64,000 nt of DNA. Source: Elusimicrobiota bacterium (GTDB lineage Bacteria > Elusimicrobiota > Endomicrobiia > Endomicrobiales > JAPLKN01). The position numbers were made by a program, and so were the translations under genes. This document shows, one piece after another, positions 1 to 10,300 of the stretch (the stretch's first letter is position 1; every line of letters starts with the position of its first letter). The DNA lies in the NCBI GenBank assembly GCA_042562855.1, contig JBHPNE010000002.1, positions 7,643 to 71,642 on the forward strand, in the 5' to 3' direction. The notes beneath the pieces were generated by a model that worked only from the letters and a program-made list of their open reading frames with translations, did not search any database and was not told where the DNA came from.

Positions 1-109
1 AAAAACAATCTTGTTGTCAGGGAAAAAACTCTTAACAATGTAAATATAAAAGCCGGGAAAAAAACGTTTGTTATAGTTAGAACGGCAATTTAAGAACTTG
101 AGGTGAATT

Positions 110-1144
110 ATGAAAAAAATCGTACTTTCATTTGTATGCGTGTTGTTTTTCAGTGTTTCAGTTTTTTCTGCGAAAATGCCTGGCTGGGTTAAGAAAGGAA
201 AAAGTAAGGAATACCCCCAAGGAAAGTATCTGGTTGGTATAGGCATGGGAGAAAATCTAGATTCTGCCAGGTCCAATGCGATGGCAGAGATTGCTAAAGT
301 GTTTGGCGCACAGATCGAACAAATCTCGGAAGATGTTAACACGAGTAAAATCACGACTAAAGGCAAAAAATCAAAAGAGAGCAGCGAAATGGATTCGGCA
401 ACAAAGACCAACGTTACGGTCGGAGAAAATATTGAGGGAATAGAGATCGTAGATAACTGGTTTAACAAAAAGAAAGAAATCCATTATGCAATGGCTGTTT
501 TAGACAAGCGTAAGATGGTAAAGACCTTGTCAGAAAAAATATCGGATCTTGAAGAGCATATTAAGAACCAAGTAGATCTAGCACATGAAACGCCCTCAAG
601 TATTGACAGGATCAGGGCATTAACCCGCGCTTTGGTATCCACCGCAGAAAAAGAGTATTTTGTAAACAGAAGAAGAGTTATTGATTCTGCTGATGTTCCG
701 GACCTGCCTTCGGGATTCTCAAAGTCGGACATAATAAATGTTAGAGAAAAAGCAATTAAAAACGTTGTTTTTGTTGTAGATTCAGGCGAACACAAAAAAT
801 TAAAAAGTGCCGTTAATGACAGAATTACCGGAATGGGTTTTAAAGTTTCAGACAGTATTCCAGAAAACAAGGCAAGATCTGTTGTTTTAGTAAAATGCAA
901 TACACAAATTTCACCTCTAGATAGAGGCCATCCAAAATGGAAATTCTACAGTTGGAAAATAAATGTGGATATGAAGGAAGTTTCTTCTAAGGAGGGGAGT
1001 TTCGCAGCTATTTCAGAAAAAGGCCAATCGTCGCATTTGAGCGTGGAAGCGGCGAAAAGTAAAGCAGAGGCAGATTCGGAGAGTAAATTAGCATCGGTTG
1101 TTGAAGAAAGGATTAAGCACTATGTTTTTGGCGGAGTAGAATAA
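110..1144 (+). CDS. Secreted LPP20-like protein (hypothetical)
   Basis: 344-aa ORF with an N-terminal signal peptide (MKKIVLSFVCVLFFSVSVFSA). The mature start PGWVKKG...KYLVGIGMG...ARSNAMAEIAKVF has the same pattern as the next ORF and, from memory, the LPP20 lipoprotein family. GAGGTG lies just upstream of the ATG. Confidence 0.6.
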   Translation: MKKIVLSFVCVLFFSVSVFSAKMPGWVKKGKSKEYPQGKYLVGIGMGENLDSARSNAMAEIAKVFGAQIEQISEDVNTSKITTKGKKSKESSEMDSATKTNVTVGENIEGIEIVDNWFNKKKEIHYAMAVLDKRKMVKTLSEKISDLEEHIKNQVDLAHETPSSIDRIRALTRALVSTAEKEYFVNRRRVIDSADVPDLPSGFSKSDIINVREKAIKNVVFVVDSGEHKKLKSAVNDRITGMGFKVSDSIPENKARSVVLVKCNTQISPLDRGHPKWKFYSWKINVDMKEVSSKEGSFAAISEKGQSSHLSVEAAKSKAEADSESKLASVVEERIKHYVFGGVE

Positions 1145-1257
1145 ACTAAATTTTAAAAAGGAGGATTTTCCCAAAGGGACAAATCCTACAAAAAACACCT
1201 AAAGGAGATTTAGTCCCAAGGGACAAATCTTATAAAAAAAGCGTAAAGGAGATTTAG

Positions 1258-1797
1258 ATGAAAAAGATGCACTTAGTTGTTTTTGCAGCTTTGTTTGCGA
1301 TTTTAGCTGGTTGTGCAAGCGCCCCCAAAAGACCGGATTGGATAGCGAAAGGTGCCGGAGCATTCCCGAAAGAGAAAAAGGTTTTGTATGGAGTCGGAAT
1401 TGCAGAAGGCATTAAATCCGAAGCATTAAGAAGAACAACAGCAGACAATCGTGCAATAGCTGAAGTTTCAAAGCAGCTTTCCACAATGTCTACCTCCATG
1501 ATGCGTGACTACATGAGTTCCGCGCTTGCAACTGAAGAAGAAAAGACAAAAGGTGAACAGTATGTAGAAAATACTGTTAAGACTTTTTCTTCAAACACTG
1601 TTTCCGGCATAAAAATATCAGATCGTTGGGATGACGGAAAGGTAACATATTCACTGGCAGAGCTTGATATTGAGGCTTTGAAAAGCATGGCTCAAAATAT
1701 CAGCCAATTAACAGATCAGGTAAGAGATTATATCAAAGCAAATGCTGAAAAAGCTTTTGATAAATTGGAAGAAGAACAGGCAAAAAGAGTAAACTAA
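1258..1797 (+). CDS. LPP20-like lipoprotein
   Basis: 179-aa ORF with lipobox ILAGC|AS. PDWIAKG...LYGVGIAEG...ALRRTTADNRAIAEVSKQL parallels ORF 110-1144. SD AAAGGAG lies 7 nt upstream. Confidence 0.65.
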   Translation: MKKMHLVVFAALFAILAGCASAPKRPDWIAKGAGAFPKEKKVLYGVGIAEGIKSEALRRTTADNRAIAEVSKQLSTMSTSMMRDYMSSALATEEEKTKGEQYVENTVKTFSSNTVSGIKISDRWDDGKVTYSLAELDIEALKSMAQNISQLTDQVRDYIKANAEKAFDKLEEEQAKRVN

Positions 1798-1979
1798 GTT
1801 AAAAGCAGGAAAAGGCAGGTTAAGGCTGAGGTTAAGAAAAATACGTATTTAAAAATTAGTATTACGTATAAATCTTTTCTTAATCTTAACCTGTAGTTGA
1901 CAGTTGCCGCCATCGTCCCCGCCGAAAGCTTTGCATTCAGGCGGGCCCGCCAAACTACAAAGTTGTTGGCGGGTAGGAT

Positions 1980-2270
1980 GTGAAAATGTATTATTATATT
2001 TATGTTTTATATAGTAAATTAGATAATAGGTTTTATGTTGGTTATACTAAGAATTTGAAAGAAAGGATTAAAAGACATTTAACTTCGGAGAACCATACAA
2101 CTAGTAGGTTTAAGAGCATAGAATTGGTTTATAGTGAAGCGTGTAAAAATGGGAAAGATGCAAGGGTACGGGAAAAACAACTAAAGACGGGATTTGGCAG
2201 GGGTTACATAAAAAAGAGAATAAAAAATTATCTTGATAGTAATAGTATACGAAGTGCCGCCATCGTCTAG
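1980..2270 (+). CDS. GIY-YIG nuclease-family small protein (UPF0213-like)
   Basis: Contains YYIYVLYS...RFYVGYTKNLKERIKRHL...ARVREKQLK, the classic GIY-(10)-YVG / R / E layout. The start may be GTG 1980 or ATG 1986. The last 15 nt overlap the 5' end of tRNA-Glu. Confidence 0.75.
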   Translation: MKMYYYIYVLYSKLDNRFYVGYTKNLKERIKRHLTSENHTTSRFKSIELVYSEACKNGKDARVREKQLKTGFGRGYIKKRIKNYLDSNSIRSAAIV

Positions 2271-2330
2271 CTGGTTTAGGACATCGCCTTCTCAAGGCGG
2301 AGATCACGGGTTCGAATCCCGTTGGCGGTA
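2256..2330 (+). tRNA. tRNA-Glu (anticodon CUC)
   Basis: 75-nt cloverleaf read by eye. Acceptor GCCGCCA/TGGCGGT (G1-U72 wobble). Anticodon arm TCGCC-TTCTCAA-GGCGG. T arm ACGGG-TTCGAAT-CCCGT. The ATCGTCTAG...TAGGACA core resembles E. coli tRNA-Glu. No encoded CCA. Confidence 0.9.
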
Positions 2331-2352
2331 GATTTTCTCAAAAGGATATAGA

Positions 2353-3627
2353 ATGCTTGATATCAAATTAATTCGTGAAAATGCAGAAAATATTTCAAAG
2401 GCTCTTGAAAAACGCGGTAAAAAGTTTTCTTTTAATGAGCTTTTGGCTTGGGATAAGGAAAGGCTAACCGTTCTTTCAGAAACGGAAGCATTAAGGGAGA
2501 AGCGCAATAAATCCGCTGAAGAAGTGGGCAAGCTAAAAAAGCTGAAAAAAGAACCTGCAAATAAATTAATTGAAGAAATGAATTCTGTCCGCGAATTGAT
2601 AAAAGAAAAAGAACAGAGTTTGTCGGTACTGGAACAGAAAATTGATAATTTTCTGCTAAACATACCTAATATACCTGATGAAACCACTCCGATAGGAAAG
2701 AATGAAAAGGAAAATAAAGTAATTAAGGAAGTCGGCAAAATAGAAAAGCTGGATTTTAAGGCCAGAACCCACTGGGAAATAGGGGAATATCTTGATATAT
2801 TGGATTTTGAGACAGCTGCCAAGCTTTCGGGGGCAAGATTTTCTCTTCTTAAAGGAGCAGGATGCGTGCTCGAGAGGGCGTTAATCAGTTTCTTTATTGA
2901 TACCCATGCAGAAAACGGTTATACAGAAATACTGGCTCCATATCTTGTGAGTGCAAAATCCATGCAGGGAACGGGCCAGCTTCCGAAATTCAGTGAGGAA
3001 TTATTTAAATGCAGCGACGATGATTTATATCTTATTCCGACAGCTGAAGTATCTATTACGAACATGCATCGTGATGAATTTATGGACGAAAAAGATCTGC
3101 CTAAAAAATATGTTTCGTATTCTGCGTGTTTCAGAAGGGAAGCCGGTTCATACGGCAAAGATACAAAGGGCTTGATAAGAAACCATCAGTTCAATAAGGT
3201 TGAATTGGTAAAGTTCACTAAACCAGGTGAATCTGCAAAAGAGCTTGAATCTTTGACAAAAGACGCTGAGGAGGTCTTGAAAAAACTGGGGTTAACTTAT
3301 CGCATAAATGAACTTTGCAGCGGTGATATCGGTTTTTCTGCATCAAAAACTTATGATTTGGAAGTATGGATGCCCGGCGAGCAGAAATGGAGAGAAATAT
3401 CCTCCTGCTCAAATTTTAAGGATTTTCAGGCCAGAAGAATGGATATCAAGGTGCGCTATAATGATAAGAAAAAAGATTTCGTGCATACCATAAACGGTTC
3501 GGGCGTTGCTGTGGGCAGGACATTTGCTGCGATTTTAGAAAACTATCAACAAAAAGACGGGTCAGTAATTGTTCCTGAAGTTCTAAGGCCTTATACAAAA
3601 TTTGACAAGATTACTGCAGCAAAATAA
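2353..3627 (+). CDS. serS: Seryl-tRNA synthetase
   Basis: 424 aa. [13 protein letters not shown]-terminal coiled-coil arm. Class II motifs [16 protein letters not shown]. Confidence 0.95.
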   Translation: MLDIKLIRENAENISKALEKRGKKFSFNELLAWDKERLTVLSETEALREKRNKSAEEVGKLKKLKKEPANKLIEEMNSVRELIKEKEQSLSVLEQKIDNFLLNIPNIPDETTPIGKNEKENKVIKEVGKIEKLDFKARTHWEIGEYLDILDFETAAKLSGARFSLLKGAGCVLERALISFFIDTHAENGYTEILAPYLVSAKSMQGTGQLPKFSEELFKCSDDDLYLIPTAEVSITNMHRDEFMDEKDLPKKYVSYSACFRREAGSYGKDTKGLIRNHQFNKVELVKFTKPGESAKELESLTKDAEEVLKKLGLTYRINELCSGDIGFSASKTYDLEVWMPGEQKWREISSCSNFKDFQARRMDIKVRYNDKKKDFVHTINGSGVAVGRTFAAILENYQQKDGSVIVPEVLRPYTKFDKITAAK

Positions 3628-3631
3628 CTAT

Positions 3632-4396
3632 CTATTTCTTTTCTTCTTTTTTACCCTCAATCCAGTTCATAATATCATTTTCTGTTCTTCCGTTAAACAT
3701 GCCTACACCGTGTCCTCTTCTAGTCGTTATAAAGGAAGCTTTCGGATTGTCTTTAATAATTGAGTATAGAATCGCACTGCTTTTAAAAGCATAAATATCC
3801 TCTGCAGCAGCCACTATTGCAACCTTTTTTGTTTTATACGGATCAATATTTTCCAAGGTCTTCAAACCCATGTATTCAAGCCCGGGGGAAAGTAACACTA
3901 TAACGGGTACTTCGTAGTGGGATGCGCCGTAGATCATTGCAACGTTAGCGCCTATACTTGCTCCTATCAAGCCTATTTTATGCCTTTTAATTTCTTTTTC
4001 AGATATTAAGAAATTTATAACACTATTTAAGTCAACAATCATGTTTGTCCATTGGTCGGTTTCTGTGGGGTCTCCAAAAAAATTATAATTAAGTATGTTG
4101 CCGTCATCAACCTTATTGCTTTCCCCATGACCTCTTGCATCATAAGCTAAAACACCGTAACCTTTTCTCGCTAAAATCCCCTGCAGATGTTTCCATTCTT
4201 CCTTAGAGCTTCCAAGCCCATGAAGCAGTACAAAAGTCACCTTATCGGGACTGCCTGGTTTTATGAATGAACCATATATCTTAACACCGTCATTTGTAGA
4301 AAAGCTGATTTTATTCACTCGTATTGTCGCGGCAGCATTTAAAAGAACCGGCAGAAATATAAGTATTGCTAAAACAGTTTTAAATCTTAATTTCAT
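3632..4396 (-). CDS. Secreted alpha/beta-hydrolase
   Basis: 254 aa with a signal peptide. HGLGSSKEEW oxyanion region, nucleophile elbow GASIGA, C-terminal RRGHGVG His. Convergent with serS, with only 4 nt between the stops. Confidence 0.75.
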   Translation of the reverse strand: MKLRFKTVLAILIFLPVLLNAAATIRVNKISFSTNDGVKIYGSFIKPGSPDKVTFVLLHGLGSSKEEWKHLQGILARKGYGVLAYDARGHGESNKVDDGNILNYNFFGDPTETDQWTNMIVDLNSVINFLISEKEIKRHKIGLIGASIGANVAMIYGASHYEVPVIVLLSPGLEYMGLKTLENIDPYKTKKVAIVAAAEDIYAFKSSAILYSIIKDNPKASFITTRRGHGVGMFNGRTENDIMNWIEGKKEEKK

Positions 4397-4443
4397 AATT
4401 AATCTCCTTTAAAATAAAACCCTGGACACTATAATAGCATTTT

Positions 4444-6521
<2,078 letters not shown>

Positions 6522-6747
6522 CTATAAATTGGACACATATTATAACACTATCATTGATTAAATGCAAAAACAAACAGTATAAATCAACGTATTTCGGCAA
6601 AAAACGCTTAAATTACAGTCAGAATTTTTCACATTTTTTTCACATTTTTCTAGTGCATTATTTTTTGGAAATTAATAGAATGTATAAGCATTAATTAAGG
6701 AATTTTGGTGTACTATATCTTTTGTTGAGAAGTGGGGGGTTGGCAGT

Positions 6748-7287
6748 ATGAAGTGCAGTGCCAAAAATAAAAGAATCTTCATTTCATTTTTCATCATCGC
6801 TTTTCTTACGATGAATGCGTTTTTTCCGAAAGGATTAATAGCGTCAATAAACACCACCTCGTTAGATGTTCTTCTTAAAAGCCAGACAACATTGTTATAT
6901 TATTCCAGCTTTGCCATAGCTCCTCTTAAAATCGTAGAAAAATTAATTTCAAGAATTAACACAAACCGCTTGGGCAACAAAACAAGTAAATCGGACAAGC
7001 CAAATAAAAAAGAAACAAACACTGCTTCACAATTTTTCACGTTAAATGGTGTAGAAAACATTAAGTCCGGTACTAGTTATAAAAATAGCAACAACAAAAA
7101 TCATTTAGGAACTTCTTTTACGGAAAAGATACCATTTGTGTCGTTTTTTTCCGGCCACGGTATGGCGTGTATGAACTTTCCCTCGGCGGGGAGTTTTGCC
7201 ATATTTTTATTTATTCTTGTAAGTATCGTATTATTGCCTAGAGGGAGTTTAGACGAATATATAGCATCCAACAAAAATAGAGTTTGA
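6748..7287 (+). CDS. Hypothetical bitopic membrane/secreted protein
   Basis: 179 aa. N-terminal hydrophobic segment (IFISFFIIAFLTMNAFF), N/K/S/T-rich middle, C-terminal hydrophobic segment (GSFAIFLFILVSIVLL) followed by PRGS. G-rich SD upstream and a terminator directly after. No family recognised. Confidence 0.5.
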   Translation: MKCSAKNKRIFISFFIIAFLTMNAFFPKGLIASINTTSLDVLLKSQTTLLYYSSFAIAPLKIVEKLISRINTNRLGNKTSKSDKPNKKETNTASQFFTLNGVENIKSGTSYKNSNNKNHLGTSFTEKIPFVSFFSGHGMACMNFPSAGSFAIFLFILVSIVLLPRGSLDEYIASNKNRV

Positions 7288-7289
7288 AA

Positions 7290-7322
7290 ACACGGTTAGC
7301 TAAAACTAACCGTGTTTTTTTA
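7290..7322 (+). terminator. Rho-independent terminator-like hairpin
   Basis: ACACGGTTAG (7290-7299) / CTAACCGTGT (7306-7315) form a perfect 10-bp stem with a 6-nt loop, followed by a T7 run. It sits about 33 nt upstream of the giant-ORF start codon. Confidence 0.7.
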
Positions 7323-7354
7323 TTTAAAAATAAAAAATCCTGGGGAGGATTGTA

Positions 7355-10300
7355 ATGAGCAAAATAAAAAGAATTTTTGAAAAGGTGAGTGAAAGATACT
7401 TAAAAAAGCTATCCATTCCGGAACCTTTTGTCGAGGTTTTTGTAAATTTTAAAAAAGGGATTGCGGTTACTACAGCATTGGCATTTCTTTTCACTTCAGT
7501 ATTTGCGCAATCAATTTTTGCATTTACCGATACTAAAGACTTTTCAGATAAAAAAGTCCGCGAAACCTTAAACACGTTCACTATTCCTTATACGATAGGC
7601 AGGGTAACAGACGGAAAATATTATGGCAGCAAAAAAATTGTTATAAACATTCAAGATCTGCATTGCCATGCGGAAGTTCAGGGAAATATTAACAAAATAA
7701 TTGGTTTGTTGGACGATGCATACTCCATTTCAAAGGTGTATATAGAAGGTAGTAGCGGAGACCTCGACACCTCTTGGGTAAAAGCCATAAAAAATGAACA
7801 GTTAAGAAACAAAATAGTGGAAACATTCGTAGAATCCGGAAGGCTTACGGGTGCGGAGTACTATTCCATTCAAAAGAATAAACCAAAAATGCTTAAAGGT
7901 GTAGAAAACGAGAGAATTTATAAGAATAATGTGGTCCGTCTTGGTAAAATATTGGATCAACGCGAAGAAATAGCGGCTCAAATCCCCGCAGTAAAACAAG
8001 AGCTAAGTAGACTAAAAGATAAGTATTACAGCAGATATAATAAAAGGTTAGAGAAATTGCTTACTAGGTATGGAAATAATGAAATAAATACAGAAAAATT
8101 TTATAGGTTACTTGAAAAGTTGGCAAAAAAATCGAAGGTTGATTTTTATGAGTTTGATACAATTAAAAAACTTATTAGCTTAATGAAAGAGCAAAAGAGG
8201 TTAAAATATAAAATAATTAGCAAACAGTTGGCTTCTTATGTTAAACACTTAAAAGACAAGATGCCATACGCAACGTATAAGCTTTTGCTTGAAAAAACAA
8301 GTAATTTTTCAAAATTAGATGAAGTATACACCCACTTAAAAAAACTGTCCTATGCTTATAAAATCAACTTAAGCACAAAATATTCGGAACTAAATAAGTT
8401 TTTCGACTTCATTGATGCGAATCAAAAAATTAACCCAATAGACCTTGTTAGTGAAGAAAGAAAACTAATACAAAAAATCCATCAGAAAACATCTCAGAAT
8501 ATTGCGGAAGGTGAAATTGCCTTTATTTCAGATTTCTTCGCATACTTGGAGGAGTATTTAAATAACAAAATTTCAGCAAATGATTACGAATATTTTCAAA
8601 GAAACAGCAAAGATTTTAAAAAATTGTGGGCAAAATATGTATATTCAGAAAAAATTACAAATCTTGCTCCTTATTATGATTTGTTTGATGTTTTCTATAA
8701 GGTTAACATTGAAAGAAATAAATATTTTATCGAAAACACTCTGGGGAATATCCCGGTACTAAATAGTGGGATAAGTCCAGTTGCAGATATTAACCATATT
8801 GATGAAACATTAAAATCGTTAAAGAATGCCAAAGAAATAATTGTTTTGGTAACGGGTGGTTTCCATACTGAAGGATTGGAAAGATTGCTCAGCAGAAGGG
8901 AAGTTTCTTACCTTGTAATCACTCCGAATGTTACGAAGGATACAAAATTTGCTGACACTGTTTATAATAAGTTTGCAAAACAGCAAGCAAAACGGTTTGC
9001 TTCTCAAACGATGGCTTTAGAAGCCTATTCTAAAAGTTTAGCAACGGGTACCATGGACGAAATTAAACTTAAAGTAGTTCGCGACTTTGCGCAAGATCAG
9101 TTAAAAATTGCATTTAAAGGTAAAAAACCAGAAAAGATTGCCGAGGATATAAACAGCGTTTTTCAAAACAAGGAAAATAATTTGGAAGGAAGTTTTTCAT
9201 ATTTTCCGGAAAAATCATCAGAGAAAGGGAATAAGTATTATTTTGAATATAAGTATAAGGACAAAACTGTTTCTTTGCTTTTGTCGGCGGAAGATGAAAT
9301 AACGATATTTGATACAAAATTTCATTATTTTAAATATCTCTTAAATTCCAAAGAAATAGTAAAAAAAGAAGATGAAAAGGCTGTTAGTTGGGATTTAAAT
9401 AAAATAATGCAGTCTGCTCAAGCTAAGAATCTGGTCGATTTAATTAATGAATTAGTCGAATTGGAGGAAGAATCAGGGCAATATTTAACAGAGTTTAATA
9501 AATCCATAAAAGTAGTATTTATTGAGATGGTTAAAAACAAGATAAGAAGCCAACAAACTTTAGAAGACATTGCCGAGGATTTCGGTTTTTCAAGAGACGA
9601 TACCATTCAATTCAGAAAATCACTCGCGAGTACAGGATTAGCCTTCGCTACAAGACAAGAAGAGTCACTTACTTTAAAGTCAACTTATAGAAAATATAAA
9701 AGCCTTTACAATTTCTTTCATAGAAAGAAAAATCATTTACCCGAAGATTGGACTAACAGAGAAAAGTACGGGGATGAATATGTAAAACAGATGAAGAATG
9801 CGGAAATCTGGCTTGCGCCAATAGTTGAATACGCTAAAATCAGGCGTATTTCAAATGCTTGGAACGAGAAGAAAAAAGAGTTAATAAATGAATTTTTTGG
9901 TGGACATGAATGGAACGAAGATCAAGAAAAGAGAAAATATGCAAAAGGAGGAATTAAAGATATAAGTGAATCCATGGAAAAGGGATCAGTGATAGGTACT
10001 ACTTTAGGTATTATAATTGGTTTGACAATTCAAATAACTCTGTGGATGATTTTTAGCATAGAAAAAATGTCGGCATTGGGAGTAGTGACAATGTTGTACA
10101 TAGCCACACCTGTCATTTTTATTATTTTAGCATCATCTTTGGGAGCGTTTATAGGACATGCCGTTAGCCATAGAAAATATGACAAAGAATATGGAACTAA
10201 GACTAAAGCGGAAAAAGAAAAACTTGAAAGAGAGGGAAAAGAAGTCATCGAGGCACCACTGACAACTGATGTTACAACATTTGAATTGCTAGAGTTGTAT

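Noticed and set aside
484-1499. Minus-strand ORFs 484-900 and 1254-1499.
   Set aside because: They are antisense to well-supported signal-peptide-bearing LPP20-like genes and have no SD or motifs.
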